NCBI GenBank assembly: GCA_964016885.1
Contig: OZ024747.1
Coordinates: 64,232,001-64,296,000, forward strand
Length of the DNA: 64,000 bases
Origin: Eledone cirrhosa
Taxonomy: Eukaryota
Direction: 5' to 3'
The position numbers and the translations under genes were made by a program. The notes under the pieces were generated by a model that worked only from the letters and a program-made list of their open reading frames with translations, was not told the origin of the DNA and searched no databases. This document shows, piece after piece, positions 41,271-54,422 of this stretch (position 1 is the stretch's first letter; each line of letters starts with the position of its first letter).

Positions 41271-42081
41271 ATATATATGTAGTGGGAGTGTATGTATATG
41301 TGTGTGTGTGTGAGAGAGTGCATCTGTGTATGCTTATATTGTTATTGATATCAAGCAAAAGAGGGTAAAGCTAAAAGTAAGATATATAAGTACATGAAAT
41401 AAAACAAAGAACATTTTTTTTCAAAAACTACAAAAATATATAAAAACCATATATGATTGCTGCAAAATTGCAGATTTCTCTGTTCTGATAAAATGATAAA
41501 AAATGTTTATAAAAGGGCGTTAACACTTTTAGTCTGAACTGTATGATATTTATTTTTTACTTAAGTATTTCTTTTATAGATTATATCATTACTTTCCTAT
41601 TTTGACAATATTTTACTCCTTTAGAAATCGCGTCTGGAATCTTGACTACCATTAATACATTAATGGTTGGTTCAGCGGGAAGCCGGATAAGATGTTTTGT
41701 ACAATTGTGTTGTGTTTCAGGGTGGTCCGAACTTAATTCTCGTATTTTTGTTGTTGACCTTTGTGTATATATATTATGCAAATAACTACTCAGTCACATG
41801 CAAATAACATTAAAATCCTTGTGTTTAACTCCATAAAAACTTTGAATTGTGTAAATCCTCAACCAAAGTTCGCCAATGAGCTCAATGCCTTTAAAACCCT
41901 GCTGATCAATTTAATATTTCTGGCAGCCGGAACGACTATATAGAGCTTATTTAATCATTATAATGACGTTCAGCCCAATAATCTGCTCCTTAAATGCCTT
42001 TGTGCCAAAGTACGTTCAACGTCCTTTTTTATAGAAAACAAAATAGCCCAATCGTTCGTTCTACATTACTGGTACTTCTCT

Positions 42082-42200
42082 CGCGTGGCTGAATGGTAAG
42101 GGAATTGGATTCACAATCATGAGGTTATAAATTCGATTCCCGGACGGGGTGATGCGTCAGCGTCATGTCCTTGAGCAAGATACTTTATTTCACGTTGCTG
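42082..42200 (+). mobile_element. Second tRNA-derived SINE family (5' part)
   Basis: A box gtggctgaatggtaa, B box ttcgattcc, then tgtccttgagcaagatactttatttcacgttgct. Related copy at ~58250-58605 (-). Confidence 0.75.
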
Positions 42201-42331
42201 CTTTTATCTGGAGTTGCAACCGTCAGACAGTATTAGCAATTGGAAAGACCAAAAGAAACGTCGTTTCCTCGGTCCGATTTGACGAAAGTTGATCGACTGT
42301 CGATATATATATGTATATATATATATATATA

Positions 42332-42536
42332 TAGGAACCAGTAAGACCCCGACGGCTGAGCTCAAGCCGTTTCGACGCCTAATTCTGGACTAAAAAAATC
42401 CAGAATTAGCCGTCGAAACGGCTTGAGCTCAGCCGTCGGGGGTCTTACTGGTTCCTATTACCCACTCTACTACCCTAAGTATTGAGTACTTTGGTGCGTT
42501 ATGGTCCACCTGATTCCTTACCATATTTCCTTCGTT
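42332..42536 (+). mobile_element. Fold-back PLE mini-insertion, family A
   Basis: Hairpin with ~57 bp arms around ctaaaaaaa, plus the family A tail; (TA)n flanks. Confidence 0.85.
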
Positions 42537-43044
42537 ATATATATATATTACACGTATGCATTTATTGTGAAATTGTTATGGCAGACTGGATTCTGTATCT
42601 AACGATAACCGGATTTTCTTTACTACTTGAACAGGGATTGATGTCATTGAAATCAACTTTATGTAACACCACATTCACGTTAACTTTTGATACAATAACT
42701 GCATATTATAGAGTATGAACAACCGCTTAATAGGCTCACATTAAGTAATACACGCTTCAGGTCTGGCTTATAGGTACCTTTTACTTGTATTGTTTCTATA
42801 ATTTCTACAACTGCATCGGATCCGTTCTAAACATATTATTCCTAGTGGCGGCGCTGCAATTAAGGTCAACTAAGCAGATACGCATGGCACACCACAGACA
42901 AGCAATTTATTGAATCTTAAAGGAACACGATTGCACACATGTCAACTCACCCCGTCCGATGGGGAGATTTCCCACCCACTTTGGAGTGGGTGAAAGATGT
43001 CTTCTCGTATGAAAATGGGTATAGTTTTCATTATGTAAAACGGA

Positions 43045-43263
43045 CGGTGGATTGGAAGTATTGGTCGAGAGTCGGACACCATGATTTGAAGCACAGAGTT
43101 ACGGCACTTTATGTTCTGAGTTATAATCGCGCCGAGGTTAACTTTGCCTTTCATCCTTACGGTATCGATAGAATACAGTACCTGTAATGCACGGAGATCG
43201 ATTTAATTGACTTTCCTCATCCCCCCAAAATTGCTGGCCTTGTGCCTATATAAGAAACCGTTA
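43045..43263 (+). mobile_element. tRNA-derived SINE
   Basis: SINE core and tail. Confidence 0.8.
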
Positions 43264-44646
43264 TGTAAAATCTCCCCATTTTGCCCCATTTTTCCCCGTT
43301 TGGGATTTTTAGAGGTTGGAAGATCTGTGATTGTATATAAGTTTGTATAATTAAATTAAAAACATGGTAATTCCTTGTGATCAATAAATAAATCAGTAAA
43401 CATCATTGCCGTATAGCAGCATTGCGGAAATATCCAAAGTAGAGGAGAGGTTAGTATATTTTTATGATGTCATATGGTCTGATGTAAGCGAGTGTCGACT
43501 GTGAAGTGTAAAATGCAGGGTCAGTACTTTTTGTTGTCTTATCAGATTAAGAAATGTCAACATAAATGTTCATTATATATATTCAAGATAAAGGGTCTAC
43601 ATTCTAATGCAATTCTACGACACTAAATATACAGGCGCAAGCTCTGTGTTCATAACATTTATTTTATTACTTCAGTGGATTTTCTACATTTCTGACAATA
43701 TCATTTAATATAATATATTTACTAACTAAAACTTATTCATTGATCTTTACTCTTTATTGGGTGAACATCATTAAAGTAGATTTTCAAAGGATTTGGACAC
43801 TTTCACACTTAGTTTCATTAAAATATATATCGTTAACAATTAAGAAGCGAAACTTTGACAAAAGGAAATACAACGCATACGTCCATACAATCGAAGTTTA
43901 TTTTGAACTCCATCCCTATAGGAATCGATAAGGTAAATATAAATATCCCATACGATCTCCTCATCATCTCTGCGCCATTGTTCTCATGAAAGAACATAAA
44001 ACATTTCTAAAGCAGAAACTGTTTACAGTAAGTGGAATGGAACCATCTAGGCACACAATTATGGTGTTATATTCATTCTTTAATCAATCATTCTCGCTTT
44101 TTCCATTAGCGTATATTATGTAATGCTACACAAACGTTTCTATGTGTGCTTGTACAGGAATGAAGGACATTATATTATTAATTTTTATATACTATAGTAA
44201 ATGTTGTCGGCGTGGCTGTGTTGCAAATTGTATTAACATTAATCAAATCAGTTAAATTATTTCATCAATGTTACTTGGTTGGACCTAGAAGGGATATTGA
44301 CCAGTAACCCCCTTCCCCCGAGACCAGAGAGAGAGAGAGAGAGAGAAGTAGAGGAGTACCATTAATGTACCACTTAAACTGTTCCAAATCTCCTTATTTT
44401 GGAAAAACAGGTGCATGAGGTGGGAAGATTACGAGGAAGGAGGTATATTTTGTACAAGAAGGACTTGGCATAGTAGTTCTTAGTGTGGAGAGTGACTGGT
44501 GTGAACAAAGCAAGAAGAATTTAAAATAAACTTTGGTGAAATATTTAACCTAGGACTAAGAAAGCCAGGGCTAAATATTCAAATGTGTTTAGCCTTGTGA
44601 TAGCTCGGATATTTTAAAACTCCGTTATATATATTATGGGAAACGA

Positions 44647-45213
44647 AAGGCGGTGGATCGGTAGTATCAATTGAGCTTTGGACAACACGCTTTGCTTCTT
44701 ATAATTACGGCCCGTCACGTTCTGATTTCAAGCCCACTAAGGTTAGCTTTGCTTTTTATCCTTACGGTGTCACTAAAACGTAATACCAGTAACACACTGG
44801 GTCGATTTAATCGACTTTTCCCCTTCCTTCCAATTGTTTGCCTTATGCCAAAATCAGAAGCCATTACATATATTATGCATATATGGTCCCGTAACTCCTG
44901 ATAGAGTTGTAGGGTCACCGTATTGACATACATCATTCCTTGGGCATTTTAAGCCTGAGGGAGATCATTCCTCTCCAGGCCTGAGTACAACTGATTTCTT
45001 GCACAGCAATATAGAGAGTGAGAGAGAGGAAATGAGAAAGAGATATCGAGAAAGAATCGTCCCCAGTACTAGACTGGTACTTTTTTATCGACCCCGAAAT
45101 GATGAAATGCAAAGTTGACCTTGGTGGGATTTGAACTCAGAGAGCAGAGAGCCGGTATGAATACCAGAAAGCATTCTATCCGACGTTCTAACGATTCTGA
45201 CAATTTGCCGCCT
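44647..45213. mobile_element. Two SINEs tail to tail (44647-44865 +; 44875-45213 -, extended-tail variant)
   Basis: SINE cores in opposite orientation. Confidence 0.75.
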
Positions 45214-45875
45214 TATATATTATATGAAATGTTATATATGGTACTTACTTACTTGGTGCTATCCCAGGAAACATCATGGCTGTAAGTCCATAGATCGTGC
45301 ATTGTAGAGAAAACTAGAAAATAAAAATTAAAGAGGATACGTTACAAAAGTTATAAACATCATCAAGTGACATACATATCTATCGCTAACAGTATCACTA
45401 GATCAAGTTCGGTGTAAGGTAAAGTACCTTCTCTATTCTGTGTGTCGGGCAGCAAGGCGGTCAGTGCGTGGGCTCCCATTTAGTGATATTAGTAAGAGAT
45501 GGGGAGAGCGGGAGAGATGGATGCAGTGGGAATGTGATTATATTGTGTTCAGTCCTTGTTAGGAATTTCCTGTAATCATATCTTATCCTTGGTTAATGGT
45601 TTGGAGGCAAAAAACAAATTGATTATTTTGAATTGTTACTATTTAATATGTTAAATGTTGTGATTAACCTACAGGTAGAGTGAGTAAAACTGTAGACAAA
45701 GTAACTGACATATTTTTCAATTACGTCCTTTTTTATGTTTGAAGCTGAAATGTTGATTTATGATGGTGGTCGAACGCCGTCAATTAGATTGACAGAAGAT
45801 ATAACATGTACACTTTTATATCAACAAAGGAAAAATGATAGAAAAGCTCGACCCCCAAAATAGACATGGCTAAAT

Positions 45876-46270
45876 ATTGGTTTCTGATTTAGGCGCAAGG
45901 TCGATTAAATCGACCTCAGTGCATTACAGGTACTATATTTTATCGAGTCTATAAAGATGAAAAGCAAAGCTAACCTCGGCAGGATTTGAACTCAGATGGT
46001 AAATGACATGTTGTCCGACGTTCCACCGACACTGCCAATTCACCACCTTAACATAACTAAATATTGATAGGCACAAGGCCATTAATTTGGTGGGAGGGGA
46101 AAGTCGATTAAATCGACACCAGTACGTTACTTGTGCTTTATTTTATCGATCCTGTAAGGATGAAAGGCAAAGTTCACCTCGGCGGAATTTGAACTCGGAC
46201 CCTAAGGGACATAACTCAATGATGCAAAGCATGTTGCCCGACTCTCCACCGATGCTGCCAATACCCTCCT
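45876..46270 (-). mobile_element. Two tandem SINE copies
   Basis: SINE cores at 45876-46049 and 46067-46270. Confidence 0.8.
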
Positions 46271-46561
46271 AAAATGACTAAATATTGAAAGACATAGTGT
46301 CTGTGACTGCACTGAGTTTGCCACCCTAACGGTCCTTGTAGTACTGATAATTATAATTAGCAAGGTGATATAGAATAATTATACGATACATTTTATAACA
46401 TGATACGAATAATTTACCTACTAATACACACGTACACATAGATACATATATATATATACATACACACACATATATATATATATACATACACACACATATA
46501 TATACATACATACATACACACACATACATACATATATATATATATATACACACATATATAT

Positions 46562-46616
<55 letters not shown>

Positions 46617-47649
46617 CACACATACACACATATATACGTATATATATCCAAAGTAAATACTTTGTTATATCTTTTGCTGCTTAACAACCTCATCAATCTT
46701 GATATCAGTTAATTGAAAAGTACATCAATAGATAATTGTGTGTTAGAGAGAATCACTTCTGTAGAAACAAACAACATATATTAATAAAAGGATATGACAA
46801 TAGGAGACACAATTTAAATAACCTTTGACAGAAATAAATAAATATATATAATCGCAAAATGGTGGAATGAACAAAATTCTACGGGGTAGATGTGATTTGA
46901 AATATATCTAGAATAAATAAGAGGTAGAGAAGGAATAGAATATTCTGCAAGGAAAAATATAAAGAAGCAAAAGGGAAAAGAAAAAAACATTTATTTTTTA
47001 TCTTCTAAGTAGATAAGTGGAAACTGTTATTGAGAGAGGAAATATAAATGTGACCTAATTGTATATAGTATTATATAATTTACCCATTCATTATTAAATA
47101 TAGTCTTTAGCACAATGAACAATAATGTACTAATTCATATATGCTAACGAATAAATGTAAACACGGCTGACCTGGGGCTAAATTAACACCTTTATGTTGA
47201 TAAAATACATTTATAGAGTAATCTAATAAACTTAGTTGATATTTTAAAGTCGATATACTATCTAAATGCATAGATTAGTTACCCATTTATTTGTTTCTAT
47301 TTTATTAATACAATCAAAAGTATACGTATATTTGGCGCGTAGAATTTATTTGTAAACTTCATCTGCGGGATTACTGGAATTGATATTGAAAAGTGTTTAG
47401 CCCACATTTTTGGTTATGTCCCGCTTTTCAGATGAGGATTCGTTTTCTAGAGAAAGGACAGGAGATAATCCGTTGGATATGAAACTAAAGATTATTTTAA
47501 CGTTTTGATAAAAGTATTTCGAATCACGTCAGTTGCTTATTGAAGGGATTTTGCTTTTCCTTTCTACCGGTTTTGTTTCATTTCCCGAAGCCTGGTGCAA
47601 GCACGATGCTTTGCTTGTTTATATAGATACACAAACACACACATACACG

Positions 47650-47686
<37 letters not shown>

Positions 47687-47687
<1 letters not shown>

Positions 47688-47808
47688 GTAATAATAATAA
47701 ATTTGAAGACAAAATCCAAAGAGGGCTCGATAAGGATTAGTTTCAGAAGATCCCGTTAAGGGTGAAAGCAGCGATTGTTTGCTTAAACTTTAATCTGTTA
47801 TTTTAATA
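47687..47808. mobile_element. Family C mini-insertion with hammerhead variant at 47739-47789 (+)
   Basis: agttt-CAGAAGA-tcccgttaagggt-GAAA-gca..tg-CTT-aaact, joined in inverted orientation to the GAGCCCTC tail. Confidence 0.75.
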
Positions 47809-47809
47809 A

Positions 47810-47844
<35 letters not shown>

Positions 47845-47893
47845 TATATAAACATACACATATATATATTATATATATACACACATATATATT

Positions 47894-47925
<32 letters not shown>

Positions 47926-49516
47926 CACACACATGTATATATATATATGTGTGTGTGTGTATATATATGTGTGTGTGTATATATATATATATAAATATGT
48001 GTGCGTGAGTCTGTATATATATATATATATATTCACACCCATATATATGTGTATACATTCACAATGAAATGCATGAAAACATACAGATGAATAAATGTAC
48101 GTATATGTCTATATATATATCTATGCCTCGTGTATAAAAGGTCAATGTACCAATAAATGATTATCTTATATTAATAAATGAATGTATTCTCAGATTTCAG
48201 GTAAATTGTTCCTGTGTTTAAGGACTCTAGTCATCTTAATACTGATCTCTCATAAACCACTCTATGATATCTTTGTCATGAATCTCGTTTTGTTTCCATC
48301 TAGTTTTCAATATCTCGTGTTCAATATTAATTTAATGTTCCGTCTTCACCAATTTAGTCGCATGTAATCTTAACATCGATCCATCCCGGTTCCCCCACTT
48401 CCTTCTTACACCAGCTTTCTCCTACATCTACGATATAGTGTTGAGCAAGCATCTTATTTATCTATAGGATCTCTGCGATTTAATTATAACGTACAAGCAG
48501 AGTGGATTTTATTAATGGACTACCAGTGAATACTTCTATATTCACAAATCTTATGCAGCAGGTGTTTTAGTGTGTACTTTCATTGATACTGTTTGACAAG
48601 ATGCGAAGTGGCAGGGTCATTGGAGCGTTTGTATTTCTTCCGACTATCTGCACTCCAAGATCACATTCACCTTTTATCCTTTCACTCATGTTAAATATAA
48701 TACAAGTCAAAGGGTAAAGGTAGATCAAGTGTTAAAAGTCGGTAAAGATGATGTGGGTTATCTGATTAGACACTGTGCCCTCTGAGTTCAAACTGTACCT
48801 CCTACTGCCACTGATTGCGACCAGGAGATAATATCAACAATGCAAACATATCTTCCCATGTCTAATCTGATGATTCACTTCTTTTCCCTCCTATTGACAC
48901 GACATTTAACAGGTGTTTGTATCGGGAGGGAGGTTCTTTTAATTTCTGCAGACTATTCCCATATATTTTATCCAACGCAAACACTGCAACGTGATCTCAT
49001 CTCCAAAGAAAGAAAACCTTTCCTTCAGAGGTTAATAGATAATTGCATCAAAGTCCATCCAATGACCTGTATTCTCCAAGCTTCACCAATTTTGTAACTC
49101 TCTGTCAACATTCAACTTAATATTCAACTTAATGTTCTCAACTTTCCCTCCTTAACAAAAGTTTAGTCACTGGAGTTCCCCAACACTCTGATTTCCATTA
49201 TAACAGTTCCATATCAACTGATAGAATCTCACCATCTTTGTATGTTCAGCAAAAAGTGACAGACAAGCTTTTTATATACTGATTACAGTCATGGAAATAA
49301 AAGAATGAATCGCACTAGTTATAATATTGAGACACACCTTATCTACCTTCCCTCCTCCCGAAAATAGGCAACAGTCAGTAGAAATGTAATAAAATAAAGG
49401 TATTTACTCACAACAGAAGGCTAATAAAACTTATATTTCATATGATTAACAGGCAATTTCTGTCGTGATTTTCGCACATAATTAGATCTTCTTTATTTTA
49501 ATATTATATTATATTA

Positions 49517-49627
49517 GAAATCCCGCCGAGGTTAACTTTGCCTTTCATCTTTACGGGGTCGATAAAATACAGTACCAGTAATGTACTGGAAAATTGCTGT
49601 CCTTGTGCCAGTAGTAGAAACAATTAT
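49517..49627 (+). mobile_element. SINE 3' part
   Basis: SINE core and tail. Confidence 0.8.
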
Positions 49628-51386
49628 ATTAGAATGGGAATGGCAATATCTGTGACATTTTTCTAGAGCTTGCTAGGCTCATGGAATGTAAGAGGAAAGG
49701 ATTTGTAAACTGGCGCCCCAACTCGAATGTTTGTAACAGTTTCAACACCAAGACAGGCACCTACCGGCCAGATTGTGGTAATTAAAAGGAAGACGATTTA
49801 AGTCTACCAGACAAGTAGTCCCCAATGGGATTTGAAATAAGAACGAATATGCCAGTGATGATGATGATGATGATGATAATAACGAGGGAATATATTAAGA
49901 ATATTTATTAGAATACGAGGACGAGAAGTAAAATAAAATAAAAACGAATATGACGCAAGCAAATATGAGAAATAAACACAATACATTGGAAAGTAGACTG
50001 AACATATTACTGCAGAAGTTGCAATAAACATTACATTTCACCATTAACTTGAGGAGGATTGGGAGAGAGAAAGTAAAAAAGAAAATAGAAATTGTTTAAT
50101 AAGATAAGGCAAAATGCCTAATAATCCCATAAGATGTTTGGCAACTATATTACTTTTAGGCGTTGAAATAAATGTACAAGGAAATATTAAAGAAATGCAT
50201 GTAATAATAAAATTATCAATACATGTTGTGTCCAAAATATTAATCATATTATCAATTTGTACTGAGAACTGGAAATATGAATGTAGAAACTATGGGAAAA
50301 GCTATTAAAAAGTTCGCAGTGCAAACTCCCTAGTGATTTATTCAATTCATCTGTACGACAAAACGTGTAAATTACTTCGATCGGAAACTCAGATGTGTTG
50401 ATTAATACCTTATGATTGAAATATAAATGACTGTGTTGAATCCTCGAATAGTAGGTATAATTCCCCCCTCACCTTTTAAATCATCAACTGAGCTTTGGGT
50501 ACCATTATTGAGGTTCATACTAATGTACATATCTATTCAGACTCAGAGGGCCTGAAAAAGGTTCTAAGCACTGTTCTATCCCTCAATAATTAAACATTAA
50601 ATCTTTCCTCTCCTTCTCTGTGACATATACCTGTAAATCTCAGTGTAGCGATGCCAATTCATGCCGCAGATTCTGTCTGAGAATTGCGTTATGCGTATAC
50701 ATATCGGTAAAACTTTCAGCCCCTTACACGTTAGTTTTATGATTATCAATCCAGTGTGTGGAGAAACAATATTATTTGTCAAGACTGACCAAAAAGCCAC
50801 CACAATTTATCATTTGTATAAACGTCTAGCTACTATGATAGGACAAATCTTTGGTGAGCTATTGTTCCATGACCTCGATTGCATCAAGATTATTTCAAAT
50901 TCGTCTACAATGCTACTGCAGGTGTATTTGGAATGAGCAAATCTTAAACGTTAGCACTTGATTTTAATTAAATGGGCAAACTTCCTTTTAAAACTACCTA
51001 ATCTTTCTAAAGTATAAATCATAGTAGCCAAGAATAGATCAATTGGTTGAGTATGGAATGCTTCCCTCGAATTGATCTAATAACAAACAATGTGACATTG
51101 TATTCATGTACATTGAGTTCTAACATTGTATTCTAACATTGAAATAATTAGTGGAAAAGTACCATGTTTTAAAAGATTTTATTTGTACATATGCCCATAT
51201 ATTTACATGTGTACGCCCAAATGTAAACATCTGTGAGTATGTTTGTGTCAGGAGGATATTTTTGTTGACTCGACTTATCTTTCCCCCCTCTCAATATATT
51301 TTTATTTATATAATTTCTTATATGTCATCCAAATATTAGCTACCTGTGTACACCACCAACACACACACACATACACACACACATAT

Positions 51387-51520
51387 ATGAGGATCCGCTA
51401 AGGGTAAACAATTGTTCTCGGTATGGTGAACTAACTGTTGTGTAACCACTTCTACCCAACTCGTCCCATGGACTGAGTGCTCTACCACTACGGATATTAC
51501 CTTCCACTGTTCTACCACTA
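51387..51520 (+). mobile_element. Family D PLE tail copy
   Basis: aaacaattgttctcggtatggtgaa...gagtgctctaccactacggatat matches 23870-23982. Confidence 0.8.
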
Positions 51521-52460
51521 TATTTATATATATATACATGAGCGTGTGTGTGTGTTTATGTATGTGAGTGGATATATATATAAAGAATTAGTATATCTAC
51601 CAACATATATATACATATGCATACCTATGCTAGCAAATATATAGGTTTTGTCTTAGTAACTCTGTGGTTCAATGCAAGGGGATGCAGAACAATTATATGA
51701 AAGACGTAAAGTAGTGGAGTGAAATTTTAGTAAGTAAGTTAATTTTTATAATTTTCTTATTTTACGTCTTTCATATATATATATAGTTTTGAAATAATCC
51801 CTTTTCTTTAAATCCATCAACTAATGACCTCCACCCATCTCAATCACCAACCTCTCCTACCACCAGAAAATGTATAAATACCACCATATTACACTGGCAG
51901 TCGGCTTTCGTGATGATTTCACCCGAATGAAAACACACACACCAACACTCCCAACAATTTCATTTAGGGAAAACAGTGGTGACTCGCTCGGCATCTCACT
52001 ATACGTCTGAGATATAAACAAAATAATAGTATATTGCGCTTGTACACACAAGCAAACACATAAGCAAAAACCTAGACTGCATATCACTATTTAGATGTAG
52101 AGGATATAGAACGTATATGAGTGTGTGTGTATATATATTCTTTTAGGTTTAATGGTTCAGCACTGGTTAGAACTGGTCATTCTGTATAGTTAACCATGAT
52201 TTAATAGTAGGAAAAGCACTCAGCGTTACACAGCTCATCCATCGTTGATGTTGAATCTTGTGGGTGGTGCGGGAACGAAGTTAAATATTAGTTTGGTGGT
52301 CCAGCCTCTTGTTATTTTCTAATCAAACTAAATATTTTAATTAAACTTATAAATATAAATTATATATGTATAAGTAAAATGATTAAATGGAGAAGTTGCA
52401 GTTCGTTTAAAACAAAATTTTACTTCTTACATGATCTTTCACCTTTGTTATTACTATATC

Positions 52461-52533
52461 TAGGAAAGGAGTCAGGATCCGACGGCTGAGCTCCGGCCGT
52501 TTCGACAGCTAGTTCTGAACTAGCTCTCGAAAG

Positions 52534-52534
<1 letters not shown>
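52461..52534 (-). mobile_element. Short family A fold-back fragment
   Basis: gacggctgagctccggccgtttcgacagctagttctgaactagct. Confidence 0.7.
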
Positions 52535-52579
<45 letters not shown>

Positions 52580-52974
52580 CTGTGTATGTAAGTGTGTATG
52601 TATGTATGTGTGTGTATATATATATATATATGGGTATAAGAGTGTGTGTATACGCATTATATATATATATATATATATATATGGGTATAAGAGTGTGTGA
52701 GAGTGAGGGCTTCATATGTGTGCATGTGGGAAAGTGGTTGTAGATACCTGACCAAAGGCATTGTTAACAGCTTAAGTGAACCTTAAAAATTAGGGGTGGC
52801 ACCCCCAGAATGAACCTATCTATAGAATTGTTTCTGCCCTTGGTATTCTAAATATAGTTTTTAAAGAATTCCCTTTTCTTTAAACCCATTAACAAATAAC
52901 CTCCACCCATCCCAATCACCACCCTCTGCTACCACCAGAAAATATATAAATACCACCATATTACTTGGACAGCC

Positions 52975-53025
52975 GGCTTCCCGATGATTTCTCCGGAAAG
53001 AAACACTTCTAGTCCTGTAGAAGCC
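52975..53025 (+). ncRNA. Type I hammerhead (family K), CCGAUGA core variant
   Basis: ggcttc-CCGATGA-tttc-tccg-gaaa-GAAAC-acttctagtcct-GTA-gaagcc. The upstream ~125 bp is duplicated at 51781-51935. Confidence 0.75.
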
Positions 53026-53105
53026 TTTCTACATTAAATATTTATAATCTGCTTTGTACTGAGTACCTTACTCACTGTGGCTACTCCCGATTGAACCCGG
53101 GATAA

Positions 53106-53155
<50 letters not shown>

Positions 53156-54372
53156 CGAGAATCGCATTTCGGCTATTGGAAATTAGCGAAAAACAACTTC
53201 CGAGATGTGTGGCAAGCGCTCCCTAGAAACTAGTGAACTAGAGCAACAACGTAAGTTAAAAGGCCAAACACACTGAGACGATGGTTAAACCATTATCCAC
53301 AAAGCCATAGAAACGACCAAGCTATACGGGTCAAACACATAATAATAATAAAATATGATTGATAATTATACCCGGACCTTTGGAAACGGTGGTAAGATCA
53401 AACATGGGGTTTCTGCAACTCCTAAATCTGGTACTGTCTGCTTAAACAAATAATGTTAAGCTTTTGGTATGATGATCGAATAAGGTAGTTACTTTTTCAC
53501 CGAGCATTTAGTTCTATGCAAAGCTAAGGACTGACCGTTATCAAAACCAACGCGGGGTGTTGTAAGGAAGACAACCCCTAGTCTTGGCGGCTAAATTCAG
53601 TATGTGTGGCTATTGAAAATTGCAAAATATCACAAAACGAATTAAGCTCTCAACAGATATATATATAAAATCCCATAGATAAAATATTTGTTATTTGTAC
53701 GGAATCGCTGCTTTCACCCTTTAACTGGATCTTAAATAGCGAGATCCAGGCTGCGCTTTTACTTATTTGTGCGCGGGTGTGTACACGTAGAATATAAAAG
53801 TACTAGTTATATCTCAGACGTATAGTGAGATGCCGAGTGATTCAACCACTGTTTTTCCCAAATGAAATCGTTTTTACTAAATTCAGACGTACAATATCAT
53901 TGTAAAGCAGGATTTTAATTTTCTTCTAAAAACATACAAATGAAAAAGGAATTAAAACTTCTTATTTTATTGCATTTTACTGAGGAAGTAAAATATATTT
54001 AATCTCAATTTTATTCTTAAACTTATTCCATTTCTTTAGTTTTATTATTTTAGATACATTTTTATCAGTCTCTTTGATCATTTTGTTTTGCTACTGAAAC
54101 ACAGGAAAATGACTCTTTAATGCATTGCAACACTTCGCTATCTTACATTGATTAGTTTTCATTAAATGAAACAGTTTTCTTAATTAGCTCTCAGTTTCTC
54201 AAGAAACACATATTATTACATACACATGCATGCACATACACATGCATGTATATACATACATATCCATACATGAATATGCATATATATATATATATATGTT
54301 TATATAATTCTGAGTACACCACACACACATATATATATATTTATACATGTATATATACACACATAGTCATAT

Positions 54373-54422
<50 letters not shown>

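Larger units (their letters stand above)
51952..53872. repeat. Inverted ~140 bp pair (51952-52095 / 53729-53872) enclosing nested inserts
   Basis: ctcggcatctcactatacgtctgagatataa vs ttatatctcagacgtatagtgagatgccgag. Confidence 0.75.

Noticed and set aside
42082-42150. tRNA gene
   Set aside because: A and B boxes are present but there is no intact cloverleaf, and it runs into a SINE body also seen at 58250-58605.
50600-50940. Possible piggyBac-like transposase remnant on the minus strand
   Set aside because: Only vague motif resemblance; no TTAA/TIR ends identified.
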